From Vitrella brassicaformis CCMP3155 (taxonomy: Eukaryota > Protista > Chromerida): a stretch of 64,000 nucleotides of DNA. The DNA lies in NCBI GenBank assembly GCA_001179505.1, contig CDMY01000214.1, positions 1 to 64,000 of the forward strand. Reading direction: 5' to 3'. Below are positions 22,915-34,500 of this stretch, piece by piece. How positions within the stretch are numbered: position 1 is the first letter of the stretch; every line of letters starts with the position of its first letter. The position numbers and the translations under genes are program-made. The notes below the pieces were generated by a model that saw nothing but the letters and a program-made list of their open reading frames with translations, was not told the origin of the DNA and ran no database searches.

Positions 22915-25900
22915 TCCGTGTAGGAGGCGATCGATCGGTGGGTCTCATCGCAGCACGACCCCCACAGAGAGGCTGCACGACGGCAGAACAAGCAGGTGGG
23001 GACAGAGAGAGCGACCATGTGTGACCGACCCCTCAATGTGCTGTGTGTCTGTCAGAATCGGCTGGTGCGGTGTCTGTCGGACAAGAGAGTCCTCCACACC
23101 ATCTACCAGCTTGTTGGGCCGTCGCATTTCGCTGTCGCACAAGTCGCTATGCTCGCGCTCTCATGTCGAAGTCTGCTAGACGCGTAAACAGTCATTCACA
23201 CACATACAGACGCACCTTTACTCCATGGCCACTTCATGCTGCCTGGGTTTAGGCTGTGTCCCGTCCGTTCGACTGACCGCATCTCACCGTATGCCAATCG
23301 CGAGCTGCTGGCGCCATTTGCATCGATCTCAGTGAGCAAGCAAAATCGGCTGGTGGCGGCATTGGCGAGGTATGTTGGTGGGAAGAGATGATGGACAGCA
23401 ATTCACTTGTGTTCACGGCTTCATTCTTGCCATCAGGTATTCACCCGACATGATGTTGACATTGTCGATCCACTGGGAGTGCTCACCGACCGCCGATGAC
23501 ATCAGCGACCTCATCGGCTTCCTCCAGAGGGCCGACAGACTCATGACGCTCAGACTGATGTGTAAGCCGACCATAAGAGAACGCGCACGTTGTCGCTGAT
23601 TGTCAAGGTATGTGTGCCGCTCAGTTATGGATTTGACTCAGGTGCCTGATGACGAGTGCGCCCAACTTGCCGACGCCATCGGCCGCCTGCCCTCACTTGC
23701 CACTCTCCACCTGGAAGAGGAAGACCTGAGCTGTGCCTTCGCCGGCCGGTTGAGTGCCGTGCTCAAGGCCCGGCCAGAAGGAGACGGCAAGGGCGGCAGC
23801 AGCAGTGAGACTGTCTCCCCACCACCGTCATCGTCACGTGGCGTCACGCGCGCCGCCAGCACATCGTCCGCTGTCGTGCCGGCAGACTCAGCGGAGGACA
23901 GCCAGGGGACGACCGAGGCGGGGTAGACGGCCGACACGGGGGACGACAAGGAAGAAAGGCCCCTCACGGCACTCAGGTATAGGCGCAGGACAGGGAATGA
24001 GACAACGGAGCATTCACTGAGGCCGTTGGGTGTACAGGAGGATGACAATCTCTTTCTGTCGAGTGTCGTTCAATTCTTGTCTAAACTTGCTCGAGGTGCG
24101 TCGAAAAAACGAGGAGATTCCATCTTGCTGATTAGGGCCTGTGTGTGTCGTATCACCTACAGGGCCTCTGTGGTAGGTCTTTCGAGTTTCTGAGTCTGTA
24201 CAATATCACGTTGACCAAGTCTGAGGGCGAAACTGATCGATACGACCAACTGCAGGTCTGGAAAGCACTGGCCACACTCAGACAGCCTCGATGACACCCT
24301 TCTCTGTTGGCATATCCCTTGTCCACAGAGAGTGATGGGGCGACTCTTCGGAACCATTGTGTGCATGGAGTTCCTTCTATCGTTTCGTTCCGCTGGCGAG
24401 TTGTCGCTGCCCGTCGTTGAGGAAATAGTCATGTCGGCCGCGACGGCTGGCCTTAAGGCCAACCCAAATCGACGCACTCTCAAGTACGCCACATACACCT
24501 GGAATGTGAGTATGTATGTAGCTGACCGTGTCCCTTCAGGTTCCTGGATCTGCCTGCCACCGCAAACAGCGTTGAGCCCTTCCTCCAATTGGCATTGAAG
24601 GACCTCACACTATCGTACCTCTCTCTTTCATGTACGTGAAGCCACCAAGCAAATGTCGCGTACATGATGCTGTTTCATATGTGTCGATTCGGCAGCATCT
24701 GAGCCGCTGGGCGATCTCATCAGCCGGCATTTCCTGTCGAGTGGCGACTTTGCGTCATTGGTGCATGGGGCCGTCGCCAGGGCCGATGCTGAGCGTGAGA
24801 GTGCCCTGCAAGCCGAACGTGGTGTCAAGGAGCGTCAGTGGGCGGCCGATGATGCCCGCCTGCCGCCGGCGGCTGACGCAGCTGAGGAGGACCGACGGAG
24901 GGCGGCAGGGGGAAGGAGGGAGGAGGGGCTGCGGGCCAAGGAGGAGGAGGCCAGAAGCAAATCGCCATTCGTGCTGGACCTCAGAGGTACGTGAATGTGC
25001 AGACAGAGCCAGGGGGATATCGGTGCATTTATGTTGTGTTGGTCTGCCTGTGACTCCCGTTCAGACGTTCCTCTTGCCGGTGCCAGCAGCGATGCCTATG
25101 ACGTGCCGGCTATGTTTCAGGTGGTCGAGGACATGAACAAGCAATACAACTTCCGGCGTTCGGTGATCGACACATGTAAGGAGCCGAAGCCACCTTTCCC
25201 CTCAACTCCTCTGTGTGTGTCTTCCTCTCTCTCAATGTCTGTCAGCCCTGGATTCCGTCGGTTGGCAGCTGTCGCCTATCCACCGGCGCCTGTGTCGTGC
25301 CCTTGTGCAGTCCTATGACCCAATCAGCCCTCTCGTGTGGGCGGAGACAGTCGCCAGCAAGGGGACTTCATTGATGCTGCTGTATTTTGAAAGCCTATCA
25401 CACAAGAATCCCGGCGCCGACTCAGAACATGGCTTCCAGAACCCCTTCTCTGTGACGGCGGCTGACCTGGCCATTTACCGCGGCTGCGTGAGGGAGCTCG
25501 AGGCTCTCAAAGACGACCCTGCCATCAACAACATCACTCAAGAGGATGTCGACAGTGCCAACACCGCCCTCACTGGTAAGTGAGCTGAGAAGGGGGAAAT
25601 GGCACCATCACACGCATGTGTCATCTCCTTCGTTGTGTTGTGGTTAGAGACCGTCAGGCTGGGCCAGGAGCAGGGGACTGTGCATCTAGCGGTACACGAG
25701 ATCACACGCTGCGGATCGTCTGTTGCCGACTACTGTGCGCTTATCATTCAGGCTTTGTTTGAGAAGCAGAAGCGGCTGCAGGTGATCGAGAACCTGCTGG
25801 CGACGCTGCAGACCAAGCTCAGCGACCTCAAGGGGCAGAGGGACAAGGCCGCTCTGTCCAAGGCCGGCAAGAAGGGCATCGACACGAACAGCCTTGACAG

Positions 25901-28490
25901 CAGGATCGCCAGCCTCACCGAGCAAATCAACAAGAACACCGCGGCAAGGGCAGAAGTGGTCAGAGAGATCGGTACGAAGTGCAGCATCAGACGCAGACAC
26001 AAATCTTACATTCTACTCCGTCTTTGGACCAGACATGCTTCAGAGGATGGTTACCGGCGAGCGTCCTGCGGTCGAGGACCAGCCCAAAAGCCGCTGTGAC
26101 GTCGTGCGCGAGGAGCTGCGTGAGAAGCTTGAGAGAAGGAAGAAGGAGAAGGCCAAGCAGGAGCGGCGCACGAAGCGCCAAGCCGACAAGACAACCGACG
26201 AGGCCGTCAGTTCCGTCATGGCGGCCAAGGAGGTGACGGCGCGCAGGAACGAGAAGGACCTTCTCCGGGAAATCGGCGAGCAGGTGTCCGACGAGAGTGA
26301 GGACCAGCAGCGGCAGGGCGAAGGTGGGCAGCAGGTGGGCGAGGGCGGCAAGAAGGCCAAGAAGAAAAAACGACCCAAGACCAAAAGACCCCCGGCCGCC
26401 TCTGCTATATCGTCTGGCCCTCTCCCATCCGCCGCCGCAGCGCCATCCGTTGCGGCAGACGGCAGCCCATCTGTGCAGGAGGGAGAGGGAGAGGCGGATG
26501 ACGGCCTCGAGCTCGTGGACAGCGAGCCGTCGAGCAGCCATCTGTATGGCCCAGCTGTCGCGTCCGGTGGTGCTGCGGCCACGAGTGCTGCCCAGGAGTC
26601 ACTGCAGCATCTGTCGATGGCTCCCTCCATGCACCCGCTGCCCGACGTCGGGTATTACTCTGACGACCTGCTGTCGCTTGATGCTGTGAGTGAGGATGGT
26701 GGCGGTGGTGATGGCCTGGCTGGCCAGGGTGCTGGGGCGACGGGAGGCGCGGCGGGGCATCGTGACAATGGGCGTGTGGGTGGTGGAGAGGAGACCGAGG
26801 CGATGCGGGCCAGGTGAGGCGATTCATGGGGTCTGGTTACACAGTGACGGTATGTCTGGTCTTGTCAGGGTTGCTGAGCTCGAGGCTGAGTTGATGCGCA
26901 GAGACCGGCAAAGCGAGGCGGCGAGGTGAGACAAGAAGAACGAAGTGGGGAGGGACTCACCACCGTGGTTGTGGTGTCGGACTATAGGCGTGAGTCGATG
27001 GAGAGGGAGGCCGCGTTTCAGCAACAGCTTCAGGCTGCCCAGCAGGAGACTCATGCGGCTCGTCAGGAGATCGAGCGGTACACATGCATCGGTGCATCCA
27101 TCCAACTGACTGTTCCCTCCTTTGTTGCTGTCTGCAGGTTGCGTGAGGCTCAGTTGGCCGGCGAGCAGACCGTCGCTGACACTCTGGCGGCCAACGAGCG
27201 GCTCCGGGCCGATATGCGGCAAGCCAATGCGGATCGACAGCAGCTCAGCCGACAGCACCAGCGGCTCACCAGGTATCTACACACACAGGGCCTACGCAGC
27301 GCCTCACCGTCTGTGTGTCCGTGTGTTCAGTGACATCGATCGCGAGAGGTCTCTTCGTGAGCAGCAGGCGGCCGAGATGGGGCAGCTGCAACATCACCTC
27401 GACACACACAAGAGGTCAGCCAAACAGCACTGACGCCCACAACAAAATGAACGGGACTCACCCCGTGTGTGACGTTTGTCTATCATTACGTATGTGTCAG
27501 GGCTGCTGCTGAGAGGGAGGCGTCGCTCACTCAGCAGAACACATCCCAGGCACAGGAGATCGCCAGGTAATTAACCGACAGGCCGCCAACGTACCTCGTC
27601 ACGCATCTCTCTCCCTTTGTGTCTGTCGCTCAATCAGTCTCACCGAGGGCAACCGGGCGCTGCAGGCCGACATTGATGAGCTACGCAGCAACCAGATCGA
27701 CAGGTCAGTACCCAATCACACAGAGGCGGGCAACACCAGTGCATGCCCTTTGATGTGATGTCTGTCATTCAGGTTGACCGAGAGATCTGGCCAACTGACC
27801 ACTGCTGATGAGTTCAGCGGCTTTGCTATGCAGCTGGCGGACCGCCAGACGGCCCTCACCACCACAGAGCTGCCCCAGCTGCATTCACTCGAGCGGCGGG
27901 CTCAGCAGGCCGCCCAGCAGAAGATGCAGGCCGAGTTGCGCCAGCAGATGCGGCAGGAGATGCAGCAGAGCAACCAGAGGACACGAGAGGAGGCCACCGA
28001 CTGCCAAGTCTGCCAGGAGAGGGAGCGGTCGGTGGTGCTGCGGCCGTGCAACCACTTCTGCATCTGCCTGCAATGCGCACAGACCATGCAGCCCCGCCAG
28101 TGCCCCCTGTGTCGACAGGCCTTCACCGGCTGGAGCCCCGCCATATTCTCGTGACAACAGATCGACCCACTGTGGGTGCTGGTGGTGGGGTGGGTGCTGG
28201 TGGTGGGGCTGTGGTGCGGTCGAATGCGTGTGTCGACGGCCGGCATGCTATCATGGCAGACAGACAGCGGGGGGAGGGGGCCCAGTGGTTGATTTAAGAC
28301 TTTTGTTGCTCTGTGTCCGTGTCCCCCAGAGGCAGCCTTTATGGCTTTTTGACCCCTCATTGCATTGTGTACGTTTCCTTCTTTATGTTGACTAGCTGCC
28401 TCGCTGTCTGAGTGCGTGTGCCACCGACCGACGCTATCATGGCAGAGTTGTGTTGTGATGTGTGTGTGTTCATGGAGGAGAGCTTTCATG
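20002..28490 (+). repeat. Left arm of an ~8.5 kb inverted segmental duplication
   Basis: Homology starts at GACAATTGATTCACAGTGAGTGACAGCGTCTGGGAGG (20002), whose reverse complement ends at 60438. It runs through exons, introns and the 3' flank (CCCCAGAGGCAGCCTTTATGGCTTTTTGA) to about 28490. Confidence 0.95.
20123..28154 (+). CDS. Multi-exon putative E3 ligase, copy 1: disordered N-terminus, helical region, F-box-like/LRR-like segment, coiled coil, C-terminal RING-HC; interrupted by TAG at 23924-23926
   Basis: About 25 exons joined by GT-AG introns. The C-terminal CQVCQERERSVVLRPCNHFCICLQCAQTMQPRQCPLCRQ is a C3HC4 RING of the IAP/MGRN-like class. Heptad-rich Q/E/R exons lie at 26870-27700 and an F-box-like LSDKRVLHTIYQLV...LALSCRSL at ~23060-23180. 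It is collinear with copy 2 exon by exon. Confidence 0.7.
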
Positions 28491-28769
28491 GCCTTCTTTA
28501 ACCACACCTCAGTCACCGTCTTGTTTTGCATTCCATTGCATGGGTCTCGCTCCTTGCTTTATGTGTATATCCATCGCTGCCTCGCTGCCTAGGTCAAAGG
28601 AGGGATATGTCGGGTGCTGATGTGTACATACATACATACCTGTATAGATACTCAGTCATCCATTCATCCACCCGACTCCTTGGGGGTTGCCTGGCTTCGG
28701 TGCCTGGTGCGTCTGAATGCATGTGAGCAGAGACCTCTACAGTTACCAACCCAGCCACGCACCAATCCA

Positions 28770-31381
28770 TCAGAGTGTCTTGACAGTCATATCAACACGT
28801 CCCAGACAGTAGTTCTCCATCACGGCAGCAGCACACGGCACCAACACAGAGATGGCAAAGGCGGCCAGCATGGCGAGCGGCCGGTCAGAGATCAATACCG
28901 CCAGAGGGAGGGGCAGGTACGCTGACGACCGCGCCCCGAACATGCATACCACCACACCTACCGGCACACACACAACATACGAACAGAATGTGTTTGTGAA
29001 TGGTTTCTGTGTTGACATATGGGAATGCACCTGAGAGGGCGGCCGCGAGCCCAGCGGCTGTGTTGCAGATGGTCGATCGCTCCATGAAGGGGTAGGCGCC
29101 CTCAATGAAGTCACCGAACAGGAAGTTGATAAACAGACCACGCCGAGACAAATGCACATCTGACATACACACACGCGGACACAGACACAGACACACGCAT
29201 CACGCACACACATAGATCTAAGTGTGTCCGGGGTGGCTGTGCGGCTGACCTTCCTTTTGCCTCGGGAAGACGATGTGTGCGAGGCAGAGGCCAAGCGACA
29301 CGCCCACAAGGACGCACTCGTCTATCGCACCAAGTGTGGCAGGGTCCCCCCGCTCCATCTCGACAATGATCAGCGGCAGAATGACGATGTGGTACATGCC
29401 CCTGCCCGACCCCCACCACACAAACCACCCCAGGGCAGCGCCCTTGATGCACCGAAGTAGCATCGACGAGAGGGGCCACGAGTGGAGGATGAAGCGGACA
29501 GATGACGCCAGTTGGCTGCAGATGGGAGAGAGGGCCAGCTCCACCAGACCACCTGCACACACAGACGGAGAGGGGAATGATATGAGCCAGGGGTTTTAGT
29601 GTCTTTGTATGATGTCACCTACCCGTGACAATGCCCGTCCCCCCTGCCGTGGTAATGCTTGCAGCAGTGGCAGGCACACCTGACGATACATACCAAAACA
29701 TACACACACACACACACACACGGTCTGCTCATGTGCCATACCGTATCGACATGCGCAAGCGAGCACCGTTGGTGCGGCCATCCCCCCCAGCAAGCCCGCG
29801 ATGAGCCCAGCGATGACGCCTCCCTGCCCGACGATGCAGCTGCCCGCCAACGCACCCACCAATACACTCGTCTCACCTGTGTGGGTGGACAGAAGCATCC
29901 ATCAGTCTATCGCCAAACTGTGTCCATGGCTGGAGCATCCTACCAAGCTCAGACGTCTGTTGCGCTGCCACCGTGGCCACCACAGTCGGCAAACCACGGG
30001 AACACAACACCTGGACAGACACACACGCACACGCGTGTGCGAAGGCGTGTGTGGTGGGTGTGTTTCTTGTTTGTTGCAGACACACGCACAGGTAAGGTAC
30101 CTGCATCCACATTGACGCAGTGGATTGACCGCTGCTATCGTACACGCGGGACAAAGCCCACTTGACCACCATCACACACACAAACACGGGCAGACAACCT
30201 GACACAGACAGACAAACAAAGAAAGGCACATGCAAATAAGGACATCAAGAGATGCCTAGCTTAGACCAAACCCCATCTGCTGACTGACCTCCAAGCACAG
30301 AGTGCATGGTGTGCAGCAGGTGCCGTATACCCAACACTGTCTGGCCACTGGTAGGCCAGTAGGGCACACGCAACTCACCAGCAACCGACGCTGCAAAACT
30401 ACAGGCACACGCACAATGGTCAATGCCACGTTGTCGTGGGTATGTATGTGTGTGTGTACGAGATGGCCTTCGAAGCAGGTGTGGTGGCCACCGATCCCCC
30501 AGAGCTGCCCACCACCCGCGCCCCCATGCTGATGGCACGGCCTGCAGTGCACACCAGCAGACAAGCACACAAACACAAGGGTCAACGTGGCCATCGATCT
30601 GCGTCTTCATGTGGTCGTCACTTACCGATGAGGTCCCTCCCGTGCCCACGATTGGCAGGCGGACTGTTGGCAGCGATGCCGCGATGAGGGCCTCACGATT
30701 GACGCCGTCAGCATCGAATGAGAGAGCAATCAGACCAGACAGCCGCAGTGACGATGTGATGTTGTCACTGTCGCCATTGCCATTGCCGACGCCGCGAATG
30801 AGGGTGCCGATCTGCCTATCGACGTGACGAGCCACCCCATTGACCTCCTGCAAGGTGCCTGGACGAATCGACGCACAAAGCGGAGTGTCCATGTTGGCGT
30901 TGCTGCACATGTCGCAGCGTGTTGTCTGACCCCTCACAGTGGCGATGGGCGCCCTCCCTGGCCTCGAGGTGACATTGTCAGTCATCAGCTCTTTCTGTGC
31001 GTTGCTGAGGAGCGATGGCGGCCGAACAAATAGCGTGGCCGAAGCTTCTCTGCTGGCAACGTCCAGAGGCACTGCACAGCACACGCAGACACGGATGAGC
31101 AGGCAGGCAGGCAGGCAGATCTGTATGTGTGTCGTGCCAGCGTACACACCGCACCTTGTGTTGCAACGAACTGAATGACATCAAGCGTCATTTTGCAGGC
31201 GGCAAGCTGACCCTCTACCTCATCGAAGAAGAGCTCGGGAGAGGTGTGCCTAGGCACGCACGCAAAAGCAACACACACAACAGATGGAGATCCATCCATC
31301 GATAGAATGATCGAAGGCTGATGCGCACCCGAGGGTCGCTGCGCCTCCGCCACTGCTGCCTACGAGCGCAATTGAGGGCAT
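28770..31381 (-). CDS. Bacterial-type PTS EIIC-like membrane protein with a soluble N-terminal domain (about 11 introns)
   Basis: Spliced translation: MPSIALVGSSGGGAATLG|HTSPELFFDEVEGQL...VIQFVA, GTLQEVN, GLIALSFDADGVN, LPIVGTGGTS, HSVLGGCLPVF, LPTVVATVAAQQTSEL, GGVIAGLIAGLL, VPATAASITTAGGTG, GMYHIVILPLIIVEMERG...LGAIDECVLV, GLFINFLFGDFIEGAYPFM, ARSSAYLPLP. It recalls prokaryotic proteins annotated 'PTS sugar transporter / EIIC'. The frame stayed open at every junction checked. Confidence 0.75.
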
Positions 31382-31393
31382 CTTTCACGTCCA

Positions 31394-31417
31394 GTTTGCG
31401 AGCTAGAGCTCGCAAAC
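31394..31417. promoter_or_regulatory. Inverted repeat GTTTGCGAGCT-AG-AGCTCGCAAAC in the 125-bp divergent promoter
   Basis: Perfect 11-bp arms between ATG 31381 (-) and ATG 31507 (+), built from the two halves of the GCGAGCTCGC motif. Confidence 0.45.
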
Positions 31418-31506
31418 GCTCAACGGCTATTGTACGTGGTGTGTTGTTTCCGACGAAGAGTCGACAAAGAGGGCATGTGTGCGTGAGTAATTAGGGTACC
31501 CTTCAG

Positions 31507-34500
31507 ATGGTGGCCAAAGCGACCGGCCTCCTGAAGGCAGTTTTATCTCTCACCGCAATCTGGCCTTCATGCGTGGTGGATGCGCAGATCGGCAGGGGCG
31601 TGCTCCCACGTCGGCGGCGAGGCATCGTGACGTCCCCCCTCGGCCTCAGCCAGCAGTTCGCAGAGACCCTGGCCACCCTGCAGCACGCCAACACAGCCAA
31701 CTTCGCCAACGGACCTGTCACGTCCTTCAATGGCCTGCCCCCTGCCAGTGTTGCTGCGGCGGCGGCGTCGACGTCCATATCATCGCTGCCGATGGTGGAT
31801 GCGACCACAGTGGAGGACACTGTCGGGCAGCTGGTGAAGAATGACACGAGTGGATCGGCCGACAAAGAGGATGGCAGCAGCAACAAGGACGAGCAGAAGG
31901 GCAGCAGTGACGATGACGAAGGCAGAAGCGGCGGTCTCAAGCTGTGCGACCCTGTGTGTGGTGAGGGTGAGGTGTGTACGGTGTCCCACAGGGGCGGCAG
32001 CGACTTCCTGTCTAAACCGCAGTTCGAATGTCGATGTCTGGAGAGGGGGTACCGCACTGACGCCAGCGGCAAATGTGTCCCACTGGTGCAGTTGAGTGAG
32101 AAGAAACCACCAGCAGCGGCAGCAACAGCACCTGAGGAGAAGAATGATGAAGAGCCCAAGGCGGCTGACGATAAGGCCAAGGAGGCAGACGCAAGTGAGT
32201 GAGCAGGGAGAGGCTGACGTGGCTGATGCAGTACTATTTCTTGCTGCATGTGTTGGTTATCTATCCATATGCAGAGGATGCTGCAGCTGCCTCAGCGGCC
32301 GGAAACAGCGATGGCGATGCCGCTGCCAACAAGACGCTCCACGAAACCCTCGCGTCGAAGACGGTATGCACAATGCATCCGACACGCTCTCATCTCGTCT
32401 CATGTGTGTGGTCGATCTATCTATCAGGAGCTGAGCTCCTTCCTGCTCTTGCTAGAGACCGCCGGGCTTAAGGAGGTGCTGGACCGGCCCTCACCCAAGG
32501 TGACCATCCTGGCACCCTCCAACGACGCTATCAAGTCGCTCGGGCAGGGCGCACTCACCAGCATCGTCGGCGACACTCAAGTACTGTCCAGCCTCCTGGC
32601 TGCCCACATAATGGAGGGCGAGTACACGGCCGACGCCATAGCCGACCTCAAGACGCTGCCCACACTCGGTGGGTGGGAGGTGTCGGTGGAGCGAGAAGGG
32701 GGTCTGGTGCTCGGGGACTCGGCCACCATCCTGCAGCGGGACATCAAGGCGAGCAACGGCCTCATCCAGGTGCTGGATGCGGTCATCCTGCCGCCACCCA
32801 AGGGCCCTGACCTCAAGATGAAGAACAACACATCTAACACGACCACGACAGATACGACAGATACGACGGCAGACGGCGGCCCGAAGCAGATGGAGGACGG
32901 CGACGGCATCGTGTCTATCGCCACGGACCCGCTGCAGCCTGTGGATGACCTCGGAAGTGGTGCTGGTGCAGGTGCAGGTGCTGGTGCGGGTGCAGGGACG
33001 GCTGGGGAGTCTTCGACCCCCGACAACGAGCCTGTGACGATGTTGACGGAGGGCGAGGGAAATGACAATGACACATCGGTGGCAGCAGCAGCAGCAACAG
33101 CAGCAGCCGCACCAGAGCAGAAGGAGGACACCCCCCCGGTATCACCGTTCAATGGCACGCTGGCCGACTTCATCGAACAGGACAAGGTGATTGATTGGCC
33201 CAGTGGCGTGCAAACAGATTGTGTCTATATGTGTGTGGCTCTCCCTCCCTTATTTCCTCCCTCAGGATCTGTTCACCTTCAACAGTGCGATGGTCAAGAC
33301 CATGACGCGTGCCGCCTTCGCCGACACCGAACACGGCCCATACACACTCTTCGCCCCTGTCGACAAGGCATTCGGGCGGCTCACCCAGCAGCAGCTACAG
33401 TTCCTCGGCGAAAGCCCCGACGCACTCACCAAAGTCAGTCAGTCAGCACACCTGCGGAAACACAACACACCCTCGTCCACCCACTCATGTGCGCATCTGT
33501 GTTGTGTTGTGTGTGGTGCAGCTGGTGGCGTACCACGTGGTGAGCGGGAAGCTGACATCTGCAGAGGTGACGGCAGCGAGCAGCAGGGACCTCCCATCGG
33601 TGCTGGGCGACACGGTGACCGTGAGCAGGACCCCTGGGGGCGAGTTGTTGGTCAACGATCGGGCCAAAGTGCTCAGGGCGGACGTCCCCGTGGCCAACGG
33701 GGCCGTCTTCTTCGTCGACAATGTGCTGCTTCCCGTCTCTGTGGACGAGGGAATGGCCACAGCGGCTGCCGAGGCTGAGAAGGCTAAGCAGGCTGCCAAG
33801 CCGCAACAACAGGCCACTGCGAACGGCACTGCTGCGTCTGGTGCGGCTGGTGCTGAGCTGCCGGCACAGAATGAGACGGAGGGTGCCAATCCGAGTGCAG
33901 ATGCAATTCTCTCAGCCGCAGCAGCGGCGGCCTCTGACGCGCTTGGACCTGCGGCACCACGTTTCGCCGGCGAAGACATGCAGCAGAGTGGTGTGGACGA
34001 CGCCATGGGTGCACTGGACATGGCTGGTGGTGGTGGTGGTGGGGGTGGAGATGAGGGTGACGACGGCATGGTGAGCATCGCTACCACGAGTGATGGCGGA
34101 GAGCCTGTGCCGTGGGAGGAAGGGCCGAATGGTGCGAGGAAACCCGGCGGATATGACAACAGCGTCGGCGACGTGCTCGCTTCAAACGAGGTCAGTGACA
34201 GGGAGGGAGGGAGGGAGAAATCTGCTGTGTTGGTTTGGTTCATGTGGGCGTGGCGTTGGTGTCTCGTTTCCTGTTGTCTGCAGGACTACTACACGTATTT
34301 GTCGGCTGTGCGTGCGGTGGGCCTCTTTGACAAGCTCGAAGCAGAAGAGGGTAAGTGCAATGGGTGCACAGACACGGACACATACAGACAGACAGACATG
34401 TGTATGTCTCATGCACTCACTGTCTGTCTGTCTGTCTGTCTACAGGCCCCTTCACGGTGTTTGTCCCGAGTAACGAGGCCTTCGCTTCCCTCGGGGGCGA

